A stretch of DNA of 52,237 nucleotides from assembly GCA_018971725.1 (NCBI GenBank), contig JAGXAE010000001.1, positions 1-52,237 on the forward strand, given 5' to 3'. The position numbers were made by a program, and so were the translations under genes. Every line of letters begins with the position of its first letter. Position 1 is the first letter of the stretch. Below the pieces are notes generated by a model. That model saw only the letters and a program-made list of their open reading frames with translations. It was not told the origin of the DNA and did no database searches. Source of the stretch: Pseudomonadota bacterium. GTDB taxonomy: Bacteria; Pseudomonadota; Alphaproteobacteria; Acetobacterales; Acetobacteraceae. This document shows, in pieces, positions 44,256 to 52,237 of the stretch.

Positions 44256-45257
44256 TTATGTCTTCTCCTGGTGATATTTGAAGGAGGCGTTGATCATGTC
44301 CAGAAGATGCTGGCCTGCCGTGGTGGGGGCGTATTTCGGCGTCTCTCCGGGTTTCAGGCAGGTGGGCAGACATTCCACGGGCGCATAAAAATCCGGGTCG
44401 AAGAAGAAGGGCAAGGAATAGCGTTCCTGCCCCGAGGTGTTGATGACGCGATGCGGGGTGGAGCGGAACACGCCGTTGGTCCAGCGTTCCATCATGTCGC
44501 CGATATTCACCACGAAGGTGCCGGGAATGGGCGGGGCGCTGATCCAGCTTCCATCCAACGCCTGGACCTGCAAGCCGCCGGAGGAGTCCTGGTGCAGAAG
44601 GGTCAGGCAGCCGTAATCGGTATGGGCCCCGGCACCCAGCTGCGCCTCGGTGATCCGGCCTGCCTGAGGCGGGTAATGCAGCGGGCCTAAAGTGGTCATG
44701 GTGGTGCCGAGCCAGGGCTCAAAATAATCCTGCTTCAGCCCCAGCGAGACCGCGAACGCGCCGAGGATGGTTGTGCCCAGCGCCACTAGCCGGTCGTAAT
44801 AATCCTGCATCACCTCGTGCCAGCCCGGCAAATCCGGCCATAGATTCGGCCCGTGCAAGGGCAGCCCGGCCTGCACGCGCTCATGCGTTAACGGCAAATC
44901 CCGGCCGATCTTGAAACCTTCTTTCAAATCGCCCGTGAGTTTCTGTTTCGCGGGGTCTAGATTCTCACCGCCCACGCGGAACCAGCCGCGATGGCAGGCG
45001 GAATGCTCGATGGCGGTTTTTTCTTTCTCCTCCGGCGGCAGCGCGAAGAAGCGCCGGGCATTCTCATAAACGCGATCGATCAATTCCTGCGGAATTCCAT
45101 GGTTTTTTATATAGAAAAACCCGATTTCCCGGCAGGCGCGGCCAATGGCCCCGGCGGGCGCATCGTCGCCGGCCAGAAGCGGGGCGATGTCGATAACCGG
45201 AATGGCATCAAGCTGGACGCTTGCGAGGCCGGGTGCGAGGTCTATGGTATCGGGCAT
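44256..45257 (-). CDS. 2-oxoglutarate/Fe(II) dioxygenase, isopenicillin N synthase family
   Basis: IPVIDI, GFFYIKNHG, HTDYG (HxD), STPHRV, RYSLPFF (RxS). Confidence 0.93.
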   Translation of the reverse strand: MPDTIDLAPGLASVQLDAIPVIDIAPLLAGDDAPAGAIGRACREIGFFYIKNHGIPQELIDRVYENARRFFALPPEEKEKTAIEHSACHRGWFRVGGENLDPAKQKLTGDLKEGFKIGRDLPLTHERVQAGLPLHGPNLWPDLPGWHEVMQDYYDRLVALGTTILGAFAVSLGLKQDYFEPWLGTTMTTLGPLHYPPQAGRITEAQLGAGAHTDYGCLTLLHQDSSGGLQVQALDGSWISAPPIPGTFVVNIGDMMERWTNGVFRSTPHRVINTSGQERYSLPFFFDPDFYAPVECLPTCLKPGETPKYAPTTAGQHLLDMINASFKYHQEKT

Positions 45258-45305
45258 AGACGGGATGTTAGACTCGTCAGGGACTCGATTCCAGGAGCAT
45301 TTTCT

Positions 45306-46796
45306 TTGCCAGAAACATTTTTGCTCGGTATCGATTTGGGCGCGGGCAGCCTGAAGGCAACGCTGATAACCCCCACGGGAGAGGTGAGGGCCGAGGCCAA
45401 CGGCACGGTTTCCACCACGATGCGGCGTTTTGGCTGGGCGGAGCAGGATCCGGCGGAATGGTACGCGGCGCTTTGCCGGGCGGTGCCGAAAGTGCTGGCG
45501 GGAATCGAGCCGGGGGATATCGCGGGCATCGGCATTTCAGCGGGCGCGCATATTCCGGTGCTGACGGATGGCGCCGGTGCGGTGTTGCGCCCGGCGATCA
45601 TGTGGAACGACCAGCGCGCCGCCGTCGAAGCCGCGGAGCTGAACCGCCAGGCGGGGGCCGAGATCATCTCCGCCTCGCTGAACCGGGTGAACCCGACTTG
45701 GTCTCTGGCTATGCTGGCCTGGCTGCAATCGCACGAGCCGGACGTGATGACGCGTGCGAAGCGGCTGTATCTGGCCAAGGATTTCCTGCGCCATTGCCTC
45801 ACCGGCACCTGGGAGACGGATTATTCCGACGCCGTTGGCGCGCTGCTGGCCGATGACGCCACCAAGGGCTGGTCCCCCGAACTGGCCGGGTTGATCGGGC
45901 TGGATATGTCCATCCTGCCGCCGATTGTGGCGCCGGATCATGTCGTGGGTGGGGTAACGCCGGAGGCCGCCGCCCGCCTTGGGCTGAAGGCGGGCACGCC
46001 GGTGGTCTGCGGCTCCAACGACACCACGGTGGAATTTTTCGGCGTGGGCGGCAACACGCCGGGCATTGGCGGGGTGAAGCTGGCCACGGCGGGGGTGCTG
46101 TTTCTGGCAACGCAGGGGCCAGTGGTGCATCCACCCATCTCCTGCTACCCGCATATCATCCCCGGCATGTACTACGCCGCCACGGGCACCAATTCCTGCG
46201 CTTCGGCGCATCGTTGGGTGCGGGATCTGATGTTCGCAGAAGGCGGGTTTGAGGCGATGGATGCGCTGGCGAGTGCGGCACCGCGCGGCGCGAGGGGGCT
46301 GCTGTTCCACCCTTATCTGCAAGGCGAACGCGCCCCGTATTGGGACCCGCTGCTGCGCGCGGATTTCATCGGTATGACCATGAGCCATGGCAAGATGCAT
46401 TTTGCCCGCGCGGTTTACGAGGGCATCGCCTTTTCGATCCGGGATCTGCTGGGTGCCGCACGAGAGAAGGGGCTGGAATTCAGCACCATAAGGCTGATGG
46501 GCGGCGGCGCGAAAAGTGCGACCTGGCGGCAGATTATCGCGGATGTGACGGGGCTGGTGATCGAGCGCACGGCAGCGGGCGATGCCTCGTTTGGCGCAGC
46601 ACTGGTAGCGGGCATGGGCGTGGGGATTTTCGATGGCCCGGAGGATGCCGTCTCGCGCTGTGTACGGCTGTGTGACGTGACACGTCCCCAGGCCGAGGCC
46701 AGCGCGTTCTATGACGAATTATTCGGCATCTATAAGGAGGCGCAGGCCGCCTTGGCCGGGGTGAACCATAAGCTGCACGCGCTGGTGAAGGGATAG
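45306..46796 (+). CDS. FGGY carbohydrate kinase (xylulokinase-like)
   Basis: LLGIDLG, EQDP..W, RPAIMWNDQR, PYLQGERAP.WD, GGGAKS..WRQI.ADV; AGGAG before TTG 45306. Confidence 0.9.
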   Translation: MPETFLLGIDLGAGSLKATLITPTGEVRAEANGTVSTTMRRFGWAEQDPAEWYAALCRAVPKVLAGIEPGDIAGIGISAGAHIPVLTDGAGAVLRPAIMWNDQRAAVEAAELNRQAGAEIISASLNRVNPTWSLAMLAWLQSHEPDVMTRAKRLYLAKDFLRHCLTGTWETDYSDAVGALLADDATKGWSPELAGLIGLDMSILPPIVAPDHVVGGVTPEAAARLGLKAGTPVVCGSNDTTVEFFGVGGNTPGIGGVKLATAGVLFLATQGPVVHPPISCYPHIIPGMYYAATGTNSCASAHRWVRDLMFAEGGFEAMDALASAAPRGARGLLFHPYLQGERAPYWDPLLRADFIGMTMSHGKMHFARAVYEGIAFSIRDLLGAAREKGLEFSTIRLMGGGAKSATWRQIIADVTGLVIERTAAGDASFGAALVAGMGVGIFDGPEDAVSRCVRLCDVTRPQAEASAFYDELFGIYKEAQAALAGVNHKLHALVKG

Positions 46797-46859
46797 GCTT
46801 GCCGCGCGGCAAATGCCTGCCCGGCGCGTGCCGGGCAGGATTCACAGAGGCAAACGCGC

Positions 46860-47279
46860 CTAGTTGATCCGAACGCCGATGCCCGGGACCATGATGACCA
46901 CGCCGCTATGGTGGTGATGGTGCGGGTAAAACACCGGCGGTGGCGGCGGCGGCGGCGGATAGTAAGCCGGCGGCGCGTAATATTCTGGCGGCGGGGCATA
47001 ATAGTCGTGATGGTGGTGATGGTGATGGTGATGGTGATGGTGGTCATCGCCCCAATCGGCCTGCTGCAGTTTGGCGGGGGCGTTGCGCGCCTGCTCCCGC
47101 AGCACGGCGTCGTTGGCTTTTAGCGCCTCGACGGCGTTGGGCACGGGCCGCAGCAAGTCGGCGTAAGAGGTGATGGTCATCGACTCATGCGCCGGGGTCG
47201 GGCTGGCGGCCTGGGCAGCACCGGTGCCCAAAGCGGCCACGCCCGCGAGGGCGGCGATCAGCCCGGTTTTCCGTTCCAT
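46860..47279 (-). CDS. secreted His/Pro/Tyr-rich hypothetical protein
   Basis: Signal peptide ending AQA; SYADLLRPVPNA motif; poly-His, YYAPP repeats, poly-Pro; GAGGAG RBS. Confidence 0.85.
   Translation of the reverse strand: MERKTGLIAALAGVAALGTGAAQAASPTPAHESMTITSYADLLRPVPNAVEALKANDAVLREQARNAPAKLQQADWGDDHHHHHHHHHHHHDYYAPPPEYYAPPAYYPPPPPPPPVFYPHHHHHSGVVIMVPGIGVRIN
47007..47042 (-). repeat. CAC/CAT codon run encoding poly-His
   Basis: 12 consecutive His codons by my count, mostly (CACCAT)n. Confidence 0.85.
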
Positions 47280-47543
47280 TTTTTAGCTCCTCTGATTTGG
47301 CACTCAGCCTTCAATCAGCTTTCGATATGTGTGCTGGTGCTGGCTGATTCATGCCCGAATAGAGGTAGGATTGTGGCGGCGCTACCTCTGGAGGTTAAAA
47401 ATTGTCCAGCTTGCCGCGTTGGCAGGGATTATCCGCACGCAGGGCGGTTCTGTTTTCGCGGCCTTGCCAGCGGGTTTAAAAAGGACAATCTACGGAGTAG
47501 TATCAGGACCGCTTAAGTCCGCTTTGCGGATGGAGGATAAGAG

Positions 47544-48098
47544 ATGTTTATCGAGACTGAAGGCACGCCAAACCCGGCGACACTGAAATTTCTGCCCGGC
47601 CAGGCCATTCTGGGCGACAAGACAGCGGATTTTCCTGATGCGGATGCGGCACTCGTCTCGCCGCTGGCAGAGGCGCTGTTCGGGCTGCAAGGCGTGACCC
47701 GCGTGTTTCTGGGCGGGGATTTCGTGACCGTGACCAAGAGCGAGGAAACCAGCTGGCAGGCGCTGAAGCCGCAGGTGCTGGGCATGCTCATGGAGCATCT
47801 GGTGGCGGGCAAGCCGATTCTGCGTGCGGGCATGGTGCTGGAGGCCGAGGATGTGGACCCGGCGGACCAGGAGATCGTGGATCAGATCAAAGACCTGTTG
47901 GACACGCGCATTCGCCCCGCCGTGGCGGGCGATGGCGGGGATATCATTTTCCGCGGTTACCGCGACGGCGTGGTGAGCCTGCGCATGCAGGGGGCCTGCG
48001 CGGGCTGCCCGTCCTCCACCGCCACGCTGAAGCACGGCATCGAGAACATGCTGAAGCACTATATTCCGCAAGTGACCTCGGTTACACAGGCCGCGTAG
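47544..48098 (+). CDS. nfuA: Nfu/NifU-family Fe-S carrier
   Basis: MFIETEGTPNPATLKFLPG, RPAVAGDGGDI, GACAGCPSS..TLK.GIE. Confidence 0.92.
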   Translation: MFIETEGTPNPATLKFLPGQAILGDKTADFPDADAALVSPLAEALFGLQGVTRVFLGGDFVTVTKSEETSWQALKPQVLGMLMEHLVAGKPILRAGMVLEAEDVDPADQEIVDQIKDLLDTRIRPAVAGDGGDIIFRGYRDGVVSLRMQGACAGCPSSTATLKHGIENMLKHYIPQVTSVTQAA

Positions 48099-48113
48099 CC
48101 AATAGGAGGCAGC

Positions 48114-48701
48114 ATGGCTCTGGACGACGCGGCGCTGGATGCGCTGTTCCGCAACGCGCGCACCCATTCCGTGTTCAGCGCCGAGCCGGTTGCCGACGAC
48201 GCGCTGAAGGCGCTGTATGAGCTGACGAAAATGGGGCCGACCTCGGCCAATTCTTCGCCGGCGCGGTTCCTGTTCATCCGCACGCCGGAAGGCAAGGCGC
48301 TGCTGCGGCCTTGCCTTTCGGGCGGGAATATTGAGCCCGTGGCGGCAGCGCCCGTGACCGTGGTGGTGGCGTTCGACCCGCAATTCTATCTGAAACTGCC
48401 GGAGCTTTACCCGGGCCAGGATGTGAAGCCCTGGTTCTCCGGTAACCCGGATTTGGCGGAGGAGACGGCGATGCGCAATTCCTCTCTGCAAGGCGCGTAT
48501 TTCATGCTGGCGGCGCGGGCGATGGGGTTCGCGACGGGGGCGATGTCTGGTTTCGACCGGGCCAAGCTGGACCGGGCCTTTTTCATCCAGAAGGGTTGGC
48601 GGTCGAACTTCCTCATCAACCTTGGCTACCCGGTGCCGGGCGAGGAGCTGCCGCCGCGTCTGCCGCGCCTGGGCTTTGAGGAGGCGGCGGAGTTCGCGTG
48701 A
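48114..48701 (+). CDS. RutE-like nitroreductase (malonic semialdehyde reductase family)
   Basis: LFRNARTH, GPTSANSSPARF, RNSSLQGAY, PRLPRL.F. Confidence 0.88.
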   Translation: MALDDAALDALFRNARTHSVFSAEPVADDALKALYELTKMGPTSANSSPARFLFIRTPEGKALLRPCLSGGNIEPVAAAPVTVVVAFDPQFYLKLPELYPGQDVKPWFSGNPDLAEETAMRNSSLQGAYFMLAARAMGFATGAMSGFDRAKLDRAFFIQKGWRSNFLINLGYPVPGEELPPRLPRLGFEEAAEFA

Positions 48702-49339
48702 GTTTGATCGCGCTGGACGCCTCCGGCCCGCGCGCCGTGCTGGCGCTGCTGGATGAAGATGGGACGGTGCGGCAAAGCTGGAGCGCGCCTCTGAAGCCGG
48801 GGTTGATCGAGACCTTGCCCTTGCTGTTGCAGGAGGCGGCAGCGGGCCAGGAAATCACGGATGTGGCCGTTTGCACCGGGCCGGGGAGTTTTACCGGGCT
48901 ACGCACCTCCATCGCGCTGGCGCAGGGCTTCGCTGCTGGCTTGGGAGCGGTGTTGTGGGGCATTGGCGCGGCTGATGCCTATGCGCAGGGTTCGCCGGGG
49001 TTCTCCCGTCCGCTTTGGGTAGGCATTCGCGCGCGGCGGGGGCGGCTGTTTCTGCTGCGGGATGGCAGAGCGGATGCGTTTGCCGATGACGCATTGCCAC
49101 TGCCGGAGGGGCCGGTTGCCGTTGCCGGGGAGGAAGCGCCGTTTCTGGCCGCCGCCCTGGCCGCGAAGGGTGCCGATGTGATGTTGACCAGAACCCGGTT
49201 GATGGACGCCGCCTGGGTTGGTCGCGCGGCTCTGGCGCAAAAACTGGCCGGGCAGGCGCCCGGTGCCGCCTTGCCGCTTTATGTGGACCCGCCAGAGGCC
49301 AAGCTGCCCGCCGCCGGGTTGCGCCCCGCGCCGGTATGA
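48698..49339 (+). CDS. tsaB: t6A biosynthesis protein TsaB
   Basis: LIALDAS, AVCTGPGSFTGLR, PLY. Confidence 0.92.
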   Translation: MSLIALDASGPRAVLALLDEDGTVRQSWSAPLKPGLIETLPLLLQEAAAGQEITDVAVCTGPGSFTGLRTSIALAQGFAAGLGAVLWGIGAADAYAQGSPGFSRPLWVGIRARRGRLFLLRDGRADAFADDALPLPEGPVAVAGEEAPFLAAALAAKGADVMLTRTRLMDAAWVGRAALAQKLAGQAPGAALPLYVDPPEAKLPAAGLRPAPV

Positions 49340-49779
49340 GCGCGATTTGCGAGGCGGGCCCCGCCCATGCCGCCGCCCTCTCGGCCATGCACGAAAGGGT
49401 GTTTCCAAAGGCGCCATGGAATGAGGCGGCGTTCGCGGCATTGCTGCGCCAGCCGGGGGTGGCGGCGCTGATTCATGACGCGAACGGGTTTATGCTGTTG
49501 CGAACTGTGCTGGACGAGGCGGAGATTCTCACGATCGGCGTGTTGGAAAAACGCCGGGGCACAGGTGCGGCATTGCTACGCGAAGGGCTGCGCCGGTTGC
49601 GCGATGCCGGGGTGCAAGTGGTGCATCTGGAAGTCGCCACCGATAATGCGGCGGCGCGGGCGCTGTATGAGGCGCATGGCTTCGTGAAAAGCGGCTTGCG
49701 GAAAGCCTATTACGAAAATGGCGGCGACGCGCTGATGCTGCGGCTGGATCTGAGTTCGCCGGTTGCGCAACGGTCATGA
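49336..49779 (+). CDS. rimI: RimI-like GNAT N-acetyltransferase
   Basis: DEAEILTIGV, HLEVATDNAAARALYE..GF...G.RKAYY; downstream of tsaB. Confidence 0.88.
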   Translation: MSAICEAGPAHAAALSAMHERVFPKAPWNEAAFAALLRQPGVAALIHDANGFMLLRTVLDEAEILTIGVLEKRRGTGAALLREGLRRLRDAGVQVVHLEVATDNAAARALYEAHGFVKSGLRKAYYENGGDALMLRLDLSSPVAQRS

Positions 49780-49822
49780 AAGTTTATCTATTGTACAAGC
49801 CGGCCCCGATGGAGAGTGAAGC

Positions 49823-51328
49823 ATGGATCAGGTGACCCATTCCGGCCAGCAAGCCCGCCCAGCCTATCGCCGTGCCGTCGTCGATCTCGGGTCCAACTCG
49901 GTACGGCTCGTGATCTACGAGGGCGAGCTGCGCAACCCGATGCAGATTTTCAATGAGAAGGCCGTGCTGCGCCTGGCCAAGGGCATCACCAGCACGGGCC
50001 GGTTGAAGGACGATGCGCTGGCCCAGGCGGAGACGGTGCTGCACCGCTACGCCGCCATTGCCCGCGCCATGGGGGCGAGCCCGGTGGAAGTGCTGGCCAC
50101 ATCCGCCGTGCGGGATGCCGAAAACGGGGCGGCCTTCGTGAAGGCGATGATGAAGCGCCTGCCGGAGATGCGGATATCGGTGGTTTCCGGCGAGGAGGAG
50201 GCGGCGCTTTCGGCCGAGGGGGTGCTGTGCGGCATCCCCGGCGCGGACGGGATTCTGGCTGATCTCGGTGGTGGTTCGCTGGAACTGGTGCGGCTGGATG
50301 CCGGCAAGGTGGGTCCGGCTATGACGCTGCCGGTGGGGGTGATCCGGCTGGCGGAGCGCGCCGGGGAGGATCTTACCCGCGCCCGCGTGTTGATGATCGA
50401 GGCGCTGGACAGTGTGCCCTTCGCGGCGGAGGCGGCTGGCAAGGATCTGTATCTTTCCGGCGGCGCCTTCCGGGCGCTGGCGCGGATCCATATCGCGCAG
50501 ACCGGCTATCCGCTGAACATCGTGCATCATTACACCATCAACCGTGACGAGGCGCGTGACCTCGCGGGCGTGCTGAGCGAGGGCGGGCGCAAGCTGATCG
50601 AGCGGCTGCCGGGCGTGCCGCGCCGCCGCATCGAAGATCTGCCCTATGCGGCGGTGATCCTGCGCCGGCTGCTGCGCGCCACGGGTGCCGCACGGGTGGT
50701 GTTCTCCGCCAACGGGCTGCGGGAGGGCTGGTTTTCCCGGCTGCTGCCGCAGGCGATAAGGGATGAGGATCCGCTGCTGGCGGCCTCGCGCGATCTGGTG
50801 CGCGGTTCGCTGCGGGACGCCAATCTGCCGAAGGCGCTGGTGGCCTGGACAGCGCCGTTATTCGCCGGGGAATCGCCCGCGCAGAAGCGTTTGCGGGAGG
50901 CAGCGTGCTGGCTCTCGGATATCGGCAGCCACGAACACCCGGAATACCGGGCCGAGCAGGCCTTTATGCGCGTGATGCGCCAGGCCGGGATGAGCCTGGA
51001 CCACCATGCCCGCGCGTTTTTGGCCCTGGCTACGGCGGTGCGTTACGACGCGCCGCCAGAGGCGGGATTTCTGGGGCCCGCCCGCGCGCTTTTGGACATG
51101 CAGGCGGCACAGCGGGCGGACACTTTGGGCACGGCCTTGCGGTTGGCCTACACGCTTTCCGCCGGTACGCCGCATTTGCTGGCCGGGGCGGAACTGGCGC
51201 TGGCGGGAGACCGGCTGACGCTGAGCCTGGCGGCGGCAAATGGCGTGTTCGCGGGGGAAACCGTGCTGCGGCGGTTGGAGCGCCTGGCGCTGATGCTAGG
51301 GCGCGAGGCGGAAACGGTGATCCAATAA
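49823..51328 (+). CDS. ppx: Ppx/GppA exopolyphosphatase
   Basis: VVDLGSNSVRLVI, ATSAVRDA.N, GEEEA, DLGGGSLE, GLREG. Confidence 0.93.
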   Translation: MDQVTHSGQQARPAYRRAVVDLGSNSVRLVIYEGELRNPMQIFNEKAVLRLAKGITSTGRLKDDALAQAETVLHRYAAIARAMGASPVEVLATSAVRDAENGAAFVKAMMKRLPEMRISVVSGEEEAALSAEGVLCGIPGADGILADLGGGSLELVRLDAGKVGPAMTLPVGVIRLAERAGEDLTRARVLMIEALDSVPFAAEAAGKDLYLSGGAFRALARIHIAQTGYPLNIVHHYTINRDEARDLAGVLSEGGRKLIERLPGVPRRRIEDLPYAAVILRRLLRATGAARVVFSANGLREGWFSRLLPQAIRDEDPLLAASRDLVRGSLRDANLPKALVAWTAPLFAGESPAQKRLREAACWLSDIGSHEHPEYRAEQAFMRVMRQAGMSLDHHARAFLALATAVRYDAPPEAGFLGPARALLDMQAAQRADTLGTALRLAYTLSAGTPHLLAGAELALAGDRLTLSLAAANGVFAGETVLRRLERLALMLGREAETVIQ

Positions 51329-51363
51329 AAAACCGGAACCGCGCGAGGCGGCTCCGGTTTTTA
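51326..51363. terminator. bidirectional intrinsic terminator
   Basis: AAAAAACCGGAACCGC...GCGGCTCCGGTTTTT imperfect inverted repeat between convergent genes. Confidence 0.8.
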
Positions 51364-51382
51364 TACGATCTTTCCGGCGGGA

Positions 51383-52006
51383 TCAGGCGTCTGTCAGCGA
51401 AGCCGGAGCCGGGGAATGGGCGCTTGTGTCGTTCAGCATTTCGATGCGGCCGGTGATCTGACCGCCATCTTCCACCTGCAAGCGGCGGCAGCGCGCGGTG
51501 CCGAGCACGCGGCCGGTGCTGCGCACGACGAGGGTGGCGCGGGCGACCAGAGTGCCGTCGATGGTGCCGGCAACCTCAGCGTCATCCACCTCGACCTCGC
51601 CCTTGAACACGCCGCCTGGGGCGATGGAGAGTTCGTTGGCGTTGATCATCGTGGCTTCCACGGTGCCTTCCACCACCAGGCGCTCGGCGTCCTGCACGGT
51701 GCCCTGCACGGAAATGCCGCGGCCCACCACCAGGGTGCGGCGTTCGGCGGCTTCGCGCGAGGGGGTATTGGGCATCAGCGAGCGCGGCGCCGCGGGCGAA
51801 ACCGGGTTTGAAGGGGTAGCGGGCATCGGCGGGGGCGCGAAAGGCGAACGGGCCATGGGGGTCTCCTTGAAGCTGGGTGGATTGAAAAGGGAGTCCGGGG
51901 CGTTGTCCTCCGGGGTCTCCGACGTGGAGGCGGGCGGTTGGGGCTCCACCGCCGGGAGCGCGGGGGCGACCGGTTTCGGCTCATCCGTTTTGCGCTTATT
52001 AAACAC
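51383..52006 (-). CDS. bactofilin (polymer-forming cytoskeletal protein)
   Basis: Beta-helix repeats LVVGRGISVQGTV..LVVEGTVEA..GVFKGEV..VAGTIDG..LQVEDGGQITG; Pro-rich N-terminus; GGGAGG before GTG. Confidence 0.9.
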   Translation of the reverse strand: MFNKRKTDEPKPVAPALPAVEPQPPASTSETPEDNAPDSLFNPPSFKETPMARSPFAPPPMPATPSNPVSPAAPRSLMPNTPSREAAERRTLVVGRGISVQGTVQDAERLVVEGTVEATMINANELSIAPGGVFKGEVEVDDAEVAGTIDGTLVARATLVVRSTGRVLGTARCRRLQVEDGGQITGRIEMLNDTSAHSPAPASLTDA

Positions 52007-52145
52007 TTAACCTCCCTGCTGGTTCGTCGTGTTAAGCTCGCCGCCTAGCACGAGGCAGAATGCTAAACAACCTTTCGTGAGGTTTGCCCGCTACGGCCCG
52101 CGATGCTAACCCTTCGCCGCTGTAATCCGGGGAGCGTTGCCGAAT

Positions 52146-52237
52146 ATGGCCGTGTCACAATTCGATATCACTGGCATCGGGAATGCCATCGTCGATTTTT
52201 TGCTACCAACAAATGACGATTTTTTAAGCCGTCACGA
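52146..52237 (+). CDS. PfkB-family adenosine kinase, N-terminal fragment at window edge
   Basis: Translates to MAVSQFDITGIGNAIVDFLLPTNDDFLSRH; GIGNAIVD is the typical N-terminal motif; not in the ORF track. Confidence 0.8.
   Translation, partial: MAVSQFDITGIGNAIVDFLLPTNDDFLSRH

Noticed and set aside
44991-45305. N-terminal extension of the FGGY kinase in the ORF track
   Set aside because: Overlaps the 2OG oxygenase on the other strand; the family begins at LLGIDLG and an AGGAG precedes TTG 45306
46730-47047. ORF with TITITI and poly-Arg repeats
   Set aside because: Alternative frame of the poly-His/poly-Pro gene, which has the RBS and signal peptide
51996-52010. TTAT-N7-TTAA CtrA-like word at the bactofilin start
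   Set aside because: Overlaps the start codon and first codons, so it is explained by coding and RBS constraints
1-52237. CRISPR arrays, tRNA/rRNA, IS elements, prophage genes
   Set aside because: No regularly spaced repeats, cloverleaf-like segments or mobility-protein motifs seen; intergenic gaps are short. A tRNAscan or Infernal run would be needed to exclude small RNAs

Overview
High-GC DNA, most likely from an acidophilic Acetobacteraceae-like alphaproteobacterium; this is inferred from the housekeeping flanks (rpmE, nfuA-nitroreductase-tsaB-rimI-ppx, bactofilin, adenosine kinase) and from protein composition. Positions 709-36718 form one compact, nearly complete flagellar cluster in two divergent arms. 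Minus arm: fliE-fliF-fliG-fliK-fliM/N-fliQ-flhA-fliA-motA-motB-orf-fliH-fliI-fliJ-flgL-[sulfotransferase/glycosyltransferase]-flgA-fliC-fliD-fliS-flgM-flgN. Plus arm: cheY-cheZ-like-flgBCDEFGHIJK-fliL-fliO-fliP-fliQ-fliR-flhB. The cluster is beta/gamma-proteobacterial in type (FliA/FlgM, FliD/FliS, two-domain FlgJ, MotC/MotD-like stator) but contains no master regulator. Its unusual features are: (1) a 1142-aa sulfotransferase-family + GT2 fusion at the position where flagellin glycosyltransferases sit; (2) exported axial proteins almost stripped of charged residues; (3) a fused fliM-fliN gene with a strong internal RBS, resembling injectisome SctQ tandem translation; (4) two divergent fliQ paralogues; (5) a FliA lacking region 3; (6) CtrA-like boxes in the promoter gaps. 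Together these suggest an acid-adapted, possibly sulfo-glycosylated flagellum placed under host regulation. This is a hypothesis, and I cannot check novelty without database searches. The right-hand 15 kb is mostly housekeeping and metabolic: putA, APC permease, 2Fe-2S ferredoxin, YyaL-like protein, 2OG oxygenase, FGGY kinase, a His/Pro-rich secreted protein, nfuA, tsaB, rimI, ppx and bactofilin. I saw no tRNA, rRNA, CRISPR array, integrase or transposase.
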